From Saprolegnia diclina VS20 (lineage: Eukaryota), in NCBI RefSeq assembly GCF_000281045.1, contig NW_008246104.1, positions 284,557-348,556 of the forward strand: a stretch of 64,000 nt of DNA, read 5' to 3'. Every line of letters starts with the position of its first letter. Position 1 is the first letter of the stretch. The translations under genes and the position numbers were made by a program. Positions 46,632 through 59,284 of this stretch are shown here, piece by piece. The notes beneath the pieces were generated by a model. The model did not search any database. It was not told the DNA's origin and was given only the letters and a program-made list of their open reading frames with translations.

Positions 46632-48376
46632 TTAGGCGCGGGCAACCGCGAGCGCGACCATGGCATCCCACGTGCGCTCAAAATACTGGGCCCAGAGACG
46701 CATGAACTTGACCTCTCGCTTTGTCGTGCTTTTGAGATGACACTGCAGCGTCATGGCGTCTGCGAGGGTGTCGTCGACGCTGTCTGGAATTGCCTCGTGC
46801 TCGACCGAGAGCTTGGACGTGAGCACGAGCTTGACGCGCGCTTCGTTCGTGTCGGAGGGTTCGACGAGCAGCCTACGCACTCTGAGCTGTCCACGAAATG
46901 GCGGAAGGGTGCAGAGTCTACCAGCCACACTCGTTGTCGGCAATGGCCCCGCCCGTCGCCACGCCCGCGTCTCTGGCCACGGAGCTAACACGCGTCCATG
47001 AGCATTTGAAAAATGACGCTTGCTCGTTGGTACCGCCACACGAACACGATGCGGTCGGCCTCGACGTAGCGCTTGACGACGAGGTTGCCCTGGACTGAGA
47101 TGGGCGCGGTCGCGTCGGGCGAGAGGTTGGCGCTAAACGCCACGTACGCGGCGTTGGCATCGAGCAGCTCGCCGCACTGCATATTTCATCATTATCATCA
47201 TCATCCAGTCAAATAACATCACGGTCTACTGGTGTACCTGGTAGAGGGCACCGGGTTGCTGGGAATAGTCGACGCCACCGCTCCAGATACGCCAGACGGC
47301 GTCCGCAAGCGTCGTCCATGGCACGGCGACGGCATAGCTGCGCACCATTTCGATGGCTTTGGCGTTGCTCAGCGGGTCGCAGCAGCAGCGCAGCGCCGGA
47401 GCGCACGCAGAACTCTTGGTGTCGAGGCCATTCTTGACGAGCACGGCCTCGAGTCGGTCGTACTCGTTGTCGACCAGCGCATGCAACTCGGCGGCTGTCT
47501 CGCTCGGTTCGAGACGCCACGCATCGCGCTCGACGGGACTGCTGCCACACGCCTATCGTGGGACGGTTGATGCGGGACATTATCGTGGGAAACGAGAGAT
47601 ACCGAAGCGAGGCGGGGTCGCTTTGTAATGAGGCGCTGGAGCTCGTCCGCGAGCGCCAAGTGCTCGTACAAAACGGCGCGGAGGCTCTCGTTGTCGCGAA
47701 GCGCCTGTCGGTGCTGCGCACTCTGCGCAAGCGCGGCGGCTTCCCACGACGCCGGTGTCGAAAAGTCGCGCTCGATGCACTGCAGCGTCCGAAGCGTCGA
47801 GACGCGCTCCGAGAGATCGCCCACCGTTCGTTTCAGGTCGGCCATTTCGTCCTTGAGCTTGGCGCGGTCGCGCTTGCATCGCTGCGCACGGTCGGCCAGC
47901 CGCTTCTCCTTCTTTGAGAGATTGCTAGGCGCACCCCCACTGCAACACGTGGCAGCTTGCGCACCGCGCGGAGAGCTGCTACAACAACTCGATGTATCGC
48001 TGCACGACGTCACCGCGTCGCTGCACGAGGTTGTGCTCGCGGACGACGAGGTGCAACGCGCGGATGATGCCATTGGCTTGGATACGCGTCGCGTGCTTTT
48101 GGGGGCGGGTGCGCAGCAAGACGGTGCAACGGGGGCGCATGATGACGCAGAGCAGCACGATGGCGCTGGCGTGCACGAGGGTGCCAGCGACGGCGTCGAG
48201 CAGCAAGAGGAGGACGATGTTCGGACGCTCGACGGCGTCGAGCTGCAAGATGCTACAGTGCTACCGCAGCCCGATGCACCCTGATAGGGGCCATCGCCGC
48301 AGCGCTGTGCCGGAAGACAAAGGAGGAAGTCGACCTCGGCCAGATCTTGGAGAAGCTGGGCGTCGGCGCCGTCCAT
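46632..48376 (-). CDS. M96-like bZIP-like coiled-coil plus START-like protein with Cys-rich N-terminus, multi-exon
   Basis: Basic region and zipper KEKRLADRAQRCKRDRAKLKDEMADLKRTVGDL; W...A..Q...R.....N..LR; ALVD.EYD.LE.V; VVKRYVEADRIVFVWR; CGW. Confidence 0.7.
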
Positions 48377-48721
48377 GTCACTGCAGGTGTGCGAGTCGCG
48401 TATGCGCTGGCGTTTTTTTAACAGCGAATCGGCTCGGTTCTATTCGTCTTGTTTGTCGTGATCGCCACAATTACCACATCTACCTGCCACCTCCAACGCG
48501 CGACACCACTGCGCTCGTATATCGTGCGCCACACGCTGCCCACAACGCTACGAAGCCGAATGCACCGTGCAATGTCATGCATAGCTCGTGGCGGTTTGCC
48601 GCAACCTCGATCAACGGCCATCACCGAGGTGCGGCCAGGTTGTATGGAGCGGAAATTCTCGGCGATGATTGGCTCGCCGGCGGCGTCAACACCGCCAGTG
48701 TCATAATTGTGAAGCGCGACG

Positions 48722-49975
48722 ATGGACGCCATCGAGTTGGACGACCTCGCGTTCTACGATACGACCGACCTCTGCGACGTCGAGGACCTTCTATTTCTGC
48801 CGCTCTCGAATGACGCGCCGATTAAGCCCAAGAAGCGCATTCGGAAGCGCCACGCAGACGAGATGCGCTACCTGCAGGCGACGGTCGCGGAGCTCACCTC
48901 GCAGCTCTCGGTGCTCGAAACCAAGAAGTTCGACCTCGTCGCCGGCTCCAAGTGGGAGCACATCGCGCGGCGTCAGGCCGAGGAAGCTCAAGTCGCAATC
49001 CAGAAGAACCAACGGCTCAAGGAGGCGCTGGAAGAGCAGCTCCATTTGGCCCAAAGCCTGCAAAAGATATTTGCCAAGAAAACAAAGGTGCTCCGCAAAC
49101 CTTCGCAGGACATGACATGGCTTGTAGGTCGAGGCGCTCTGCGACGATGTCTACGTGCCGTGTCAGCTCAGCATGGACCCAATCGCGCGGGCTGCGAGCA
49201 TGCGGGCGCTCCTGAATGCGCAGTACGCCAAGCTCGAGTCGGCGTTCGTGCAATACGGCATGGTCGACGTGGCAGTGCCATATCGGAAAACAGAAATCAT
49301 AAACGAAGACGCTTTCAACCGCCTGCTTCTTACGCACGTGGGCGCGATGGTCGCCCCACGCCCCGTTGCCGCCACCGCCGCGTCGATCTGGGATTTCTTA
49401 CAGCTCGAGACGCCTGTGGTCATGCCCAGCTTTATGATGAAGGTCCGTACAATATGAATAAGGTGGCCGGCTCACATTGTGTAGCGACTCGAGCGCGTCG
49501 ATGAGGACGTGATTTACATGCAATTTGTCGCATTTTGCCCCGGTATACCCGACATGCGCACCAACTATTGCATCGGGCGGTACGCGGACGGTGACCGCGT
49601 CTCGATCGTGATGCGAACGATCGGGAACGACGCGCCGAGCACCCACGCCATTTCGACGGGCGACTCGAGCCAGTGGTATGGAAGCCATTGTGTCCTTCAG
49701 GGATATGTATTGACCAGATGCATAGGATGACAATGGAGCCGGCGGAACGAGGCGCGTCGACACTCATTCGGTTGGCCGAGTACATTCAATTCCCGTACAA
49801 GCACCGGCATGCCCCGGGGGAAGGCGACAACTGCAGCAGCAGTGACGAGAGCGATGCGCCGGACCAGAGTCTCTCGCAGTATGTTTTGCAGATCTTTACT
49901 CGCAACCAAGAAGCGCTCGAGGCGTTGACGTTCGCGACGCTGTTCCCCGGGTGCGAACCCCCCGCCATGGGTTAA
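48722..49975 (+). CDS. M96-like bZIP-like coiled-coil plus START-like protein, multi-exon
   Basis: RKRHADEMRYLQATVAEL...WEHIARRQ......KNQRLKEALEEQL.LAQSL; LLNAQYAKLES.F; RY..GDRV.IVMRT. Confidence 0.7.
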
Positions 49976-52764
49976 TGGACCGAAGAGTGTAATGTACTAC
50001 AGTATCTATTGCAGCTTTGGATCCTGTTAAGAGGGCTGAAGAAGAAGGGGTCTCACTGGGATCCAGCATACCGGAACACTGCTGCTTTGCCGGCCTGACC
50101 AAGAACCGAGTCTTTCGTCACCGGCTGCCGATTGACGCAGCGCAACGACGAGAACGCACCACTACCGGTGTTCAGCGTGTCGAGACGCTATGCAGCAGAT
50201 TGCACGTGGTGCCTGGGCAAGGTTCGCACGCTGAGCCGCGATCTCAAGTACATATTGATATCCTGAAGTTTGGTTGGCAGCTTGGAATTTCCTGGCGTGC
50301 AACCCCGTTGAACGAATACCTTTGCAGAATAAAATCGAAACGGTAGTGCCGCTTGAAAAGGTGTAAAATACCAGTGACCTGGCGTGACGTATGCGGCTAA
50401 GCTTAGTTAATTTTTGTTGTGGTCAACGGAGCACATTTGATTCTTAGATACAACTGATGAGCACCCAAGCACGAGCTACAACAGTATCGCATATGAAATA
50501 CGAGTATTTATGTATTGTGCGCACATGCTAGTGTTTGTCCTGACCATGTTTTTTGCCTTTGTAGATGGCTCAATCCAGTTCTCCCAGCGTAGCAGGAAAA
50601 GTCGTCTTGTTTCCGGCGCCGGAGTGGAATGACCGTTTCGTAAAGCCCAATATATATTTTGCGAGCACCAATTTGTCTCCAATGCAGTCTCTCACCAACC
50701 ATCAGTACGACGAAGTGCTTTCTGAGGAGATAATAGCATTTTTAAAATGTAGAATAAAACTAGTGACGGCAGAGAGGTTCGATGTGGGTCTCATAAAATA
50801 TCATTGGTACCCATGCTTACATCTCTATCGTCACCGGGTTGCGTGGCGGCAACTTGTAACAGCAAGCTTCTGGCTGGGTAGAGTTCTTCAAGGGGTATGT
50901 CACTGTAGTCAGGGATCTATCCACGCCATGTGGAGGGGTCGCCCATCCCAAACCAGGAGTAAACATTGGGCAGTATCCGGATGGATCGCTGTCCGAGGTT
51001 TCTAAGGAAGTGTGCAACGCCTCAGGCTGGATAACAGAGCAGGGAAAAGCACTCGCTCTTGGTAGTGGGAGGAACACGGCCCTGAATGGCGATGGTCTCT
51101 AACTCCAGGTACTGGTGTACTTCGAAGAGAAACTCGAACCTTTTTTTATATTCCTTGTTCAATATTTTATCCGCGTCCGCTGTGATGTCGCTCGGCACGT
51201 CCAGAGGGGAGGACACGCGCACTGAAAGGTGGTTGCCTTCTTCGATTCATAAGCAACTAATTTTTCTCTTCCATTGAACCCGCGATGGTAGGTAGACGTT
51301 CTCCAAGCGCGCCGCAGCGTACTGTGAATCGACAAAGTCACGTCTCTTCGTCCAACTTCGTTCGCCAACACGCGCGGTCTAAGATCGCACTCTCTTGTAC
51401 GACAACAGTGTAGACTCTAGGGCCTTGTTGGTTCGGCATGATGCAATACATCCAGGAGGTTAAATCTCGCGCGTCGTTTTGACCGCGCGGTGATACATGA
51501 ATCGACATGCGAGCGTGGCGGGTTCCGCAGTACTAGTACTGCGATGGACTTTGTTTGGACGGAACTTAGTTGAGAAATCGAACGGTTCGGGGTCGTACTC
51601 TTGGGTCGTAGTTGTTGGCGCGTCAACCTTGCGTTCGCAATCGACGAGCGTCGAGTGTATGATTACGATCCACACGTCGATTGACGCACGTCCTTAGGCA
51701 ATGTCCTTGGACCTACTTGCTCTACGACTCTTCCGACGCTCTGCATGCGACTGGAAGGAAACAAATTTGAGTGAAACGAGTCCAATCGGTGATCTTGCTT
51801 CCTATCGCCGGGCAATTCGATGCTTGATCGTCAAGGACCCCGTACAAGTCGCCCTGGAAGACGGCCAGCATGTGTGCGACGTGGCAGCCAACGCAACGAC
51901 CCGCCGTCGTGCATGCAGGTAAAACGTAATCGTACGTGATCACGCGCAGGAACGATCTTTGGTACGTAGCGCAATACAGACGTGCGGAACTTCTTGCAAG
52001 CACGCGTTACCGAGCCCCTTGCGTTTTGCCAACAGGGGTGGTAGCTCACTGTACGAAGTATTACGAAGTCTTGCGATATGTTGTGGCGAATTTCGAACCA
52101 AGTCGCCGCCAAAAGATCATGCTACCAACAGACGCGACCCAACGAGCATCATCGAGGAGCATTATCCTGGCACCCTTTCCTACCTTAGACGGTGCTGTGT
52201 CGTCTTCTTCTCAGACACGAGCCCCGAGATGCCTCGTTTGATATGTCTTTATCTGTCTCGGGCCAAGCAAGTGCTCCAGGTGGTGCCCCTGTAAGACCTT
52301 CGCTGCTCCTACGTAGGACTTGCAGCGCGATTCAGCTTACGTGGTGTGTCATTCAATTCACCCAATCATATCGTGACTGAACGCCAATCATAACTCTGCA
52401 ACTTCAATCTTGAGCTAAGTGGCAAGTAGAACCCTTGCCGCGTACTAAGCTTAGTGCACGGCATCGCGTTGATGACGGGCGGGATAGCCCAAGACACTAG
52501 CGGTGTAAGCAGGCTGATATGGTTCGCTTTCGCTTCGCAAGCGCCAAGCATGACGTGCGTGTCCCCTTCTCTGCAAAGCCAAGGGACATGATTACTACAA
52601 TCGCGGTTGGTCGTCTTCTGTCCGCGTATCCTGCACGCACGACAGCTCTCTGTCGACGACAACCATCGACCAGAGATGGCGACGCCGTATACGAGCTCGT
52701 TTTTCTAAGAGTCGGAGGCATTTGTACGACGCGGTGTTAACTTATGGATGACGACACGATCCGT

Positions 52765-53924
52765 CTATATAGCTATGTGGATCGTGGGTGGGGACGCAAA
52801 GTCGACACCAGAGACGCCGCTCTGCGGGTTGGCCGCATCAAAACTGGCATTCTTCTCGACGAGGCCGCGTACGAGGAGCTCGGTCACACTCCGGTTGGGC
52901 TGGCGATACATGTTGACGCAGCCGCGCATGAGTGGCTGGAGAATTGGGGGCGCCCCGCGCGCAGCAAAGGGGCACATGGGCGGGGTGTACAAGTTGGGCG
53001 TGCACGTGACGATGCTCTTGACCGACACGCCGCGCTGGCGCCGGCTGGGCTCCATGACGAGCCAGCCGACTTCGTTGTGGGCGTACTTGGGCACGTTGCC
53101 GTACTCGAGCGGGTACCGCTGGTCCTCCAACACGCTCCGGAAGACAAAGACGACGCGCGCCGGCTCGACAAAGCGCTGGATGGCAATGTGGCCGTGCAGT
53201 CCGTGGGACGGGCCCGTGGGTACTTTGGCGTCGCCCGAGAGATACAAGATGCCTTCGTCGTCGACAAGCGACGAGTCGATGGGCTGGAGTCGTTGCCACT
53301 GCGTACCGCTAATGATGGTTGCGCGCCCGACCTCGGTCGTGAGCAGCTCTGTGCACACCTTGGCGAGGCTCGCGATCGATTCGTGCGGAAAATAGACGTG
53401 CGTCAACTTGTCGATGGCGGCCACAGACCCATCCGCGTGGCGGCGCACCTGCGTGCTCTCGACTTCAGAGACCGCGTCGCAGAGCCCATGTCGAATCAGA
53501 TGCGAGTTGGTATGGTCGTGGTCTTCGGCGAGCATCTTCTGCAGGCCATCCTTCCAGCGGGCGCTGTCGGACGGGAGGCGATGGCACTTCCATTCTTCGA
53601 GCTGAAACTAGTGTCGTAGTATGAGCGGCCTCGTCGTCGTCGTCCGCAGACTACCTCTTGGGCTTGGACCATTGCCTTTTGCAGCGCGTGGGCCATACGC
53701 GTGTGCTCCGAGAGCGCTTCTTTCAGTCGCTTGTTCTCATGCAGTACCATCTGCAGCTCGTTCGCCTGCGCGATGGCCACGTCGCGCCATGGAATCTTGC
53801 GCTTGCGCGGGTTGCGCTGGAGGAGCGCCAGCTGCGCGGTCAAGGCGTTGGCCTCGGCCACGAGTGCGCGCTCGTCGCCGCTGCTCTCGCTGCTGCTGCC
53901 GGGTGTGTGGGACGTCTCAGCCAT
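52765..53924 (-). CDS. M96-like coiled-coil plus START-like protein (2 exons)
   Basis: WRDVAIAQ......ENKRLKEALSEH..MA.ALQ; QRFVEPARVVFVFRSVLEDQRYP...NEVGWLVMEP. Confidence 0.7.
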
Positions 53925-54889
53925 GAGTCGGTTTGTGTTCTTTGGGCCAGCTGCGTTGCAGCAGCCAACGTTGAGGACCCACTTACGTCGTCGTAAACAC
54001 GGGTCATGTCTGTGCAGGAATTGCGAATTGCATTTTTATTGCGTGCACGAATTAGACCCTAATTCGTAGATCTGAAGCGACGGTTTTTTAAACCCGCGAA
54101 TCACAGCCCCCGACGCCCGAATGTGATGTATACAAACCCCAAGTGTGAGCGTATGATCACGTCACGCGTCTTGATGATGGAAATGGGTACGCTATCGTAA
54201 CCGGAGCGCAATCTTTTAAAGGTTATACAAACTGACAGTCGAACGGTGGATAATTTAATACCTGCGCTGTATGCGGCACAAGTTCGCGCACCTCAACACT
54301 GATGTCACATCCCGTTGATGGCGTAAGAAGCATCGCAGCCGCCGACACGCGTGCGTCTCTGACTCCGTCGACTTGGCGCCATGTAGCAGCGGATGATGCC
54401 CACAACGGCGACTCGTAGCTACGGCGGAAGGGTGCCCGAGCTGTTAAAATCCGAGACGGCGTCGTTCTGCTGACGTCGTGGGCGGGGATCGCGTAATCGG
54501 TTTCCGCAGCTTCAACAACGCCCGACCTTTCTACGTGGCTTCGAGGCTGGCGAGGCCGCGCGCATTGCGTCATCGCTGACCACGTCTGTGTGCACTGCGT
54601 GCTGCTACGCCGGCCATCAGCGACACGGCGACCTTCGCTCCTCGCCGACCGTGATCGGTTCCGATTACACTATCCTGTGGCCAAGCAACAACGACAAGAG
54701 TGGCCCTTCCAGTAATCGGGCGTCGCTGTCTGGCGTGAGCACGAAGTTGACAAAGGCGCATCGGGTCGGCTGCGCGGGTTGGAATATGCTACCGAGAGCT
54801 ACTACCGAGAAGCAGTAGTAGTGTATGGGCCAACGTGTACTCATCACACCACTGTTGTTGAGGCTGGAATGAACAAGGCAACTAAGTGG

Positions 54890-56410
54890 CTACTTGCGGC
54901 GCGACGCGAGCGCGACGCCGGCGCCAAAGGCCGCCACGACGAGGCCAATCGTCCAGAGCTGGCACTTGACCGGGACGGGGCACTTGCGACCGCCACCGCA
55001 GCACGGCTACGCATCATATGAGTACCAGCCTTACGTGAAATCGATGGTGTACCGAAAAATGCCAGTGACCCGCCTTGGTCATCGGCAGCGTCGCCTTGAG
55101 CGCCGACTTGGTGACGCCCGCGGCCTGGCCCTTGGTCGGGACCGCGTGGCCGCACTCGATGAGCGCCGCTTCGATCGCGTTGATCGTGCGGATCGCATGC
55201 TCCATGATGCGCGTGCTCTGGCCCATGTGGCCGATGCGAAAGTACTCCATCTTGATGTCCTTGTGGAGACCGCCGGCGAGCGAGACGCCGCGCGCCGTGA
55301 CCTTCGGCAAAAAGTCGGGGCCGGCGACGCCCTTGGGGTACCGGACGCACGTGAGCGTGTTGGCGGCGCAGTCGGACGCTGGCACAAAGCCGCAGCCGAG
55401 CGCCTTGATCGCGCCCTTGATCGCGAGCGACATGTTGCGCTGCTCAATGAAGCGCTGCTCGATGCCACCGTTGGCCAAGAGGATCTCAAAGCCCTTCTGG
55501 AGCGCGTAAAAGTGGTTGACGGCCGGCGTCGCAAAGTACGACGGGCGGCGCGCCTCGTAGTTCTTCATGATCGGAAGCCAGTGCGCCCAGTCGACGTAGT
55601 ACGCGCCCTTGGCGTAGCCAATGGCTTCAAACGCCTTGATCGCGCGCGGGCGCAGCATGAGGAGACTCAAGCCCGCCGGCACGCCAATGCACTTTTGGGA
55701 CCCCGTCAAGACGACGTCAATGTCCCACGCCTTCATGCGCAGCTCTTCGCCGCCAAGCGAGCAGACGCCGTCGAGCACCACGATCGCGTTGGGCTGCGCA
55801 GCGCGGATTGCGGCCGTGTACTCGGCCGCGCACGAGAGGACGCCCGTCGACGTATCGACGTGCGTGATCGTGATGACCTTGTACGACGTCGCCGCAAGCG
55901 CCGCCTTGAGTTCGTCAATGGACGGACGCGAGCCAACCTACGTATCACAAAGCATAACGATCGATGCAACAATGATCGCATCTACCGGCGCGCGCACGTG
56001 CGTGACCGTGGCGCCATAACGCTCCAGGCACGTGCCAAACGAGTCGCCAAAGTAGCCTGCAATAGCATGAGCAAGCGTGATCGATAATACAACGTGCGCG
56101 TACCCGTGTTGATGACGAGAGCGTTGTCACCGGCTTCGATCAAGTTGGCACCAACCATGTCCCAGCCCAAGGTGCCGGAGCCAGCGACAACGAGCGGCTG
56201 ACCATCGTCGGCCAAGAAGATCTACGTGCAGCATGAGCACGCGAGAGCAGCGAGACGTCGGCTTACGTGGCGCATCTGCTCGAGGCACTGGCCAAAGACT
56301 TCAAGAAAGGCCGGGTCGACGTGCGAGATGCCCTCGTGGGCAAAGGCTGTGAGCACTTCCGACTCGAAGGCGATCGGGCCGGGGTTCATGAGGAGCATCT
56401 TGGGGCTCAT
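54890..56410 (-). CDS. AGXT: Alanine-glyoxylate/serine-pyruvate aminotransferase (class V PLP) with predicted C-terminal TM exon
   Basis: LLMNPGPI, SHVDP.F, VAGSGTLGWD, ITHVDTSTGV, LDGVCSLG.E...WDIDVV.TGSQK (PLP lysine), YFATP, FRIGHMG. Confidence 0.88.
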
Positions 56411-56682
56411 CTATCAGCAGCATCCTCAGCGCCTGCATGCCTCCGCATGCTCTACCTTCGCTATCGTTCGTTCGGAATCGCAACTGACCACGGATCTTCA
56501 TGCAGTTGACACAACATTGCAAAACCTCTAAAAACAAATACACCACATCACTCGCCGATCGCCAAACCTGTGGCACAGCAGCGTTTGTCTCGGCATTATG
56601 ACACGCCAGTGGTCCCCATGCGTTGCATAGCAGCCCTAACGATCCAGCTCCATCCATTGGATCGGAACCACCTAATGAGCGC

Positions 56683-56726
56683 TTCTGGCAAGCGCTAGCT
56701 CGGTTTCTGGCAAGCGCTAGCTCGGT
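56683..56726. repeat. Perfect 22-bp tandem duplication
   Basis: TTCTGGCAAGCGCTAGCTCGGT x2. Confidence 0.9.
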
Positions 56727-56995
56727 GGCCTTGTCAGAGATTTCGCAGCAACTTGGTGGTTTTCGATGAGATGCAAGACTGGAAGGTTTGCGTCTCTAGC
56801 CATAGCGTACGAAGACCAGCATGTCGGCATTGGCACTAGAGCGTCGTTGCATACCCATGGTTGATCATGACACGTTGATGGCAAGGGCAAGATCGCAGCA
56901 CTCCTTGGCTGGTCGGAATAACCTCTATCAATGAATATCCTGTTGAAAACAGTGCATCAAATCAGGCCACGGAAACGATAAAAAGATCGCGGACC

Positions 56996-57685
56996 ATGAG
57001 CAGCGCGACCTTGGTGAGCCTTGACGCCCGGTACGATCACCTCAGCCCCGCGACATCAGCCAAGGTGATGTATGTGTAGCTCGGTCGAAGCCCTCCCCTT
57101 ACTGAGCGCCTTCTCCTTGGAGAAGCTGCCGCTGCTCGCACAGCGCCTCCTCCGCGCTCCTGCCGTACGGACCTTCTCGTCACAAGCGACTTCACACCGT
57201 ATCTGCTGCATTAGGCCACAGCCTTCACCAAGGACGAAGAGCACCAGCTCGCTGAGATTGGCGGCATGACGCACGATCAAGTCGGCGCATTCTTGGCCCT
57301 GTTGCAGTCGCTCTTCCAAGCCGCGGGACGGCGTCGGCTGGCCCCGTCTGTGTTTGCGCAAGAGCTGCAGCGCCTCTCGATTGCCTCGACAACAAGCGAC
57401 GTCCTTGCCAACGTTTGGTCCCATGAGCAAGCAGCGTACGAAGCAACGCTGATTGAAGCGAGCTCGCACCATGCCCCGACGCTGATCGAGGCACAGTGGC
57501 GGCTGCATGTGACCATGGCCGACTCGGCGTCCAAAGGCATGGCAACGCCGAGCGCGCTCTTCCACATGCAAGAGAGCAACGGCGTCGCATGGGACATGGA
57601 AATGGACCATACCGAGCTCCATGCGTTCCTCGTCCAGCTCGATGCGATCCAAGCCCAACTGGATGCGCTCGCAGCCGCGCCGTAG
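56996..57685 (+). CDS. COMM domain protein (COMMD10-like), multi-exon
   Basis: L.EAQWRLHVTMA.S......PSALF......EM.H.EL.AF..QL..IQ.QLD.L. Confidence 0.8.
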
Positions 57686-57705
57686 CACTTCTATATTGTC
57701 TCTTC

Positions 57706-59124
57706 TTATACGAGAATGATATCATCGTGCGCGCGCAGCTTCTGACGCGTATGCTTCCTCTCAAACACTTGGTACTTGTCGGAGACGGTCCCGCCCATAG
57801 TCGGGTCTTCGTGCAGCCACGTGGCAATGCGCTCCGCGTCCTTCTCCCACGTCCACTCGATCACACGCGCCCGACGTGGCGTGTACTCGAAGCCGTACGC
57901 CGCGCCTACAGTGTAGCGTTGAGGTCGCGTCTTGGCTGTGGCCTACCGTAGCCGACACCACCGCCGTAGCACAAGTGCAGTGGCGCGTTGTAGAAGCAAT
58001 AGTCGTTAAAGTGGTCATGACCCACAAAGACGCCCTTGACATCGCCCACTAGCCATTGTGGATGAGCACAGCAAGGTGGGCGCTGTGGACAGACTCTGCG
58101 AGAGGGCGTCAAACATGCCGCTGTTGTGGTCGCCGTGCGACACCTTCTCGAGCCGCTGGCCCTGGCCGTCGCCGTCCACGTACTGTTTGAACTCGTGCAA
58201 CGGGTGGTGGAAGAACATGAGCGCGGGCACGTGCTCGTGGTACGTGGTGGCCGAGAGCTCGGTCACAAACTCGAGCTGCGACGGCGTAAAGAGGCCTTGG
58301 ACCGAGTCAAGAAAGTACATGCGCAGGAGCGACTTGATCGACTTGCGAGCATACCACGGGCCGTCCTGCGGCGCCTGGACGCGGAGTGCGTAGTTGCCGA
58401 CGCCGCCGATGCCCTCGGGCCCCATGGCAATGTACCCGAACGGCAGGTCTTCGAGATGGCCCAGCATCTCTCGGCGCGCCATGGTCGCCTAGTCGCAATA
58501 GTGCATCATTAGCTCTTGGATTGTAGCGTCCAGAGGCACGGTACGCCTTCGTCGTGGTTGCCAAACACCATGGACCATGGCAGGTTGCGCTTGACGACCT
58601 CGCTTGTGGCGGCGTGAAGCGCGTCGACAACCTCGGCTGCCGTCTACACGCATGATGGAATAGGCTAAGAAGATGCAAGGACGTACGTGGGGCACTTCGA
58701 CCGACTCGATCAAGTCGCCGCTAAAGACTACAAAGTCGGGCTCGACCGTGTCAAGGAGGTAGCTAATGAACTCGGTCATCCTGCTCTCGGTGCATGGCAA
58801 GTGCCGCTCGACGACCTTGTGCGGCGGGTTGCGGCATGGGTAGTGCTGGCGACCCGTGTAGTGCATGTCGGTCAGCTGCAAGATGCGGAAGCGCAGCGTC
58901 GGCGCTTGGCCGACGTCGTCGACGACGGTCGCCAGAAGCGCGGGCAGCTCGTCGGCCCTGTACACGCTGCGCGCATAGCGGATGGGCGCTGTGACGACGC
59001 TCGTGAGCGCTAGCAGCGCCAGAGCGCCGAGGAAGACGACGACGAAGGCGCGCTCACAGCCCAGGGCCCGGCGCCAGAGGAAGACGCGGTGGCGGATCGC
59101 CGCCAGCGTCAGGCCACGTCGCAT
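57706..59124 (-). CDS. Calcineurin-like metallophosphoesterase (Dcr2/PAP28-29-like) with N-terminal TM, multi-exon
   Basis: FRILQLTDMHY, PDFVVFSGD, FGNHD, FFHHPL.EF, FVGHDH.NDYC, LCYGGGVGYG, RRARVIE. Confidence 0.85.
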
Positions 59125-59284
59125 CCGGATTACTGCTGATTATGGCCAATCCGCGCTGGGCAGAATAAAAATACGCCCAATTTAATGCGATGGTGCGTAT
59201 CAACTCCACTAAAGATGGTATTTTATTGTATTGTAATTTAATGCAATCCATTTGGATCTTTTTGAGCTTCCGCAGTCGCGGCCG

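Noticed and set aside
39206..48376. A coordinated sulfur/metal cluster (YeeE pair, Cys-rich regulator, zinc-finger gene)
   Set aside because: Adjacency only; an unrelated PDZ gene intervenes and no shared regulatory motif was seen.
45160..50800. GGTTCG(A) T-loop-like words suggesting tRNAs (45169, 46858, 50221, 50777)
   Set aside because: No surrounding cloverleaf or D-loop consensus found by eye.
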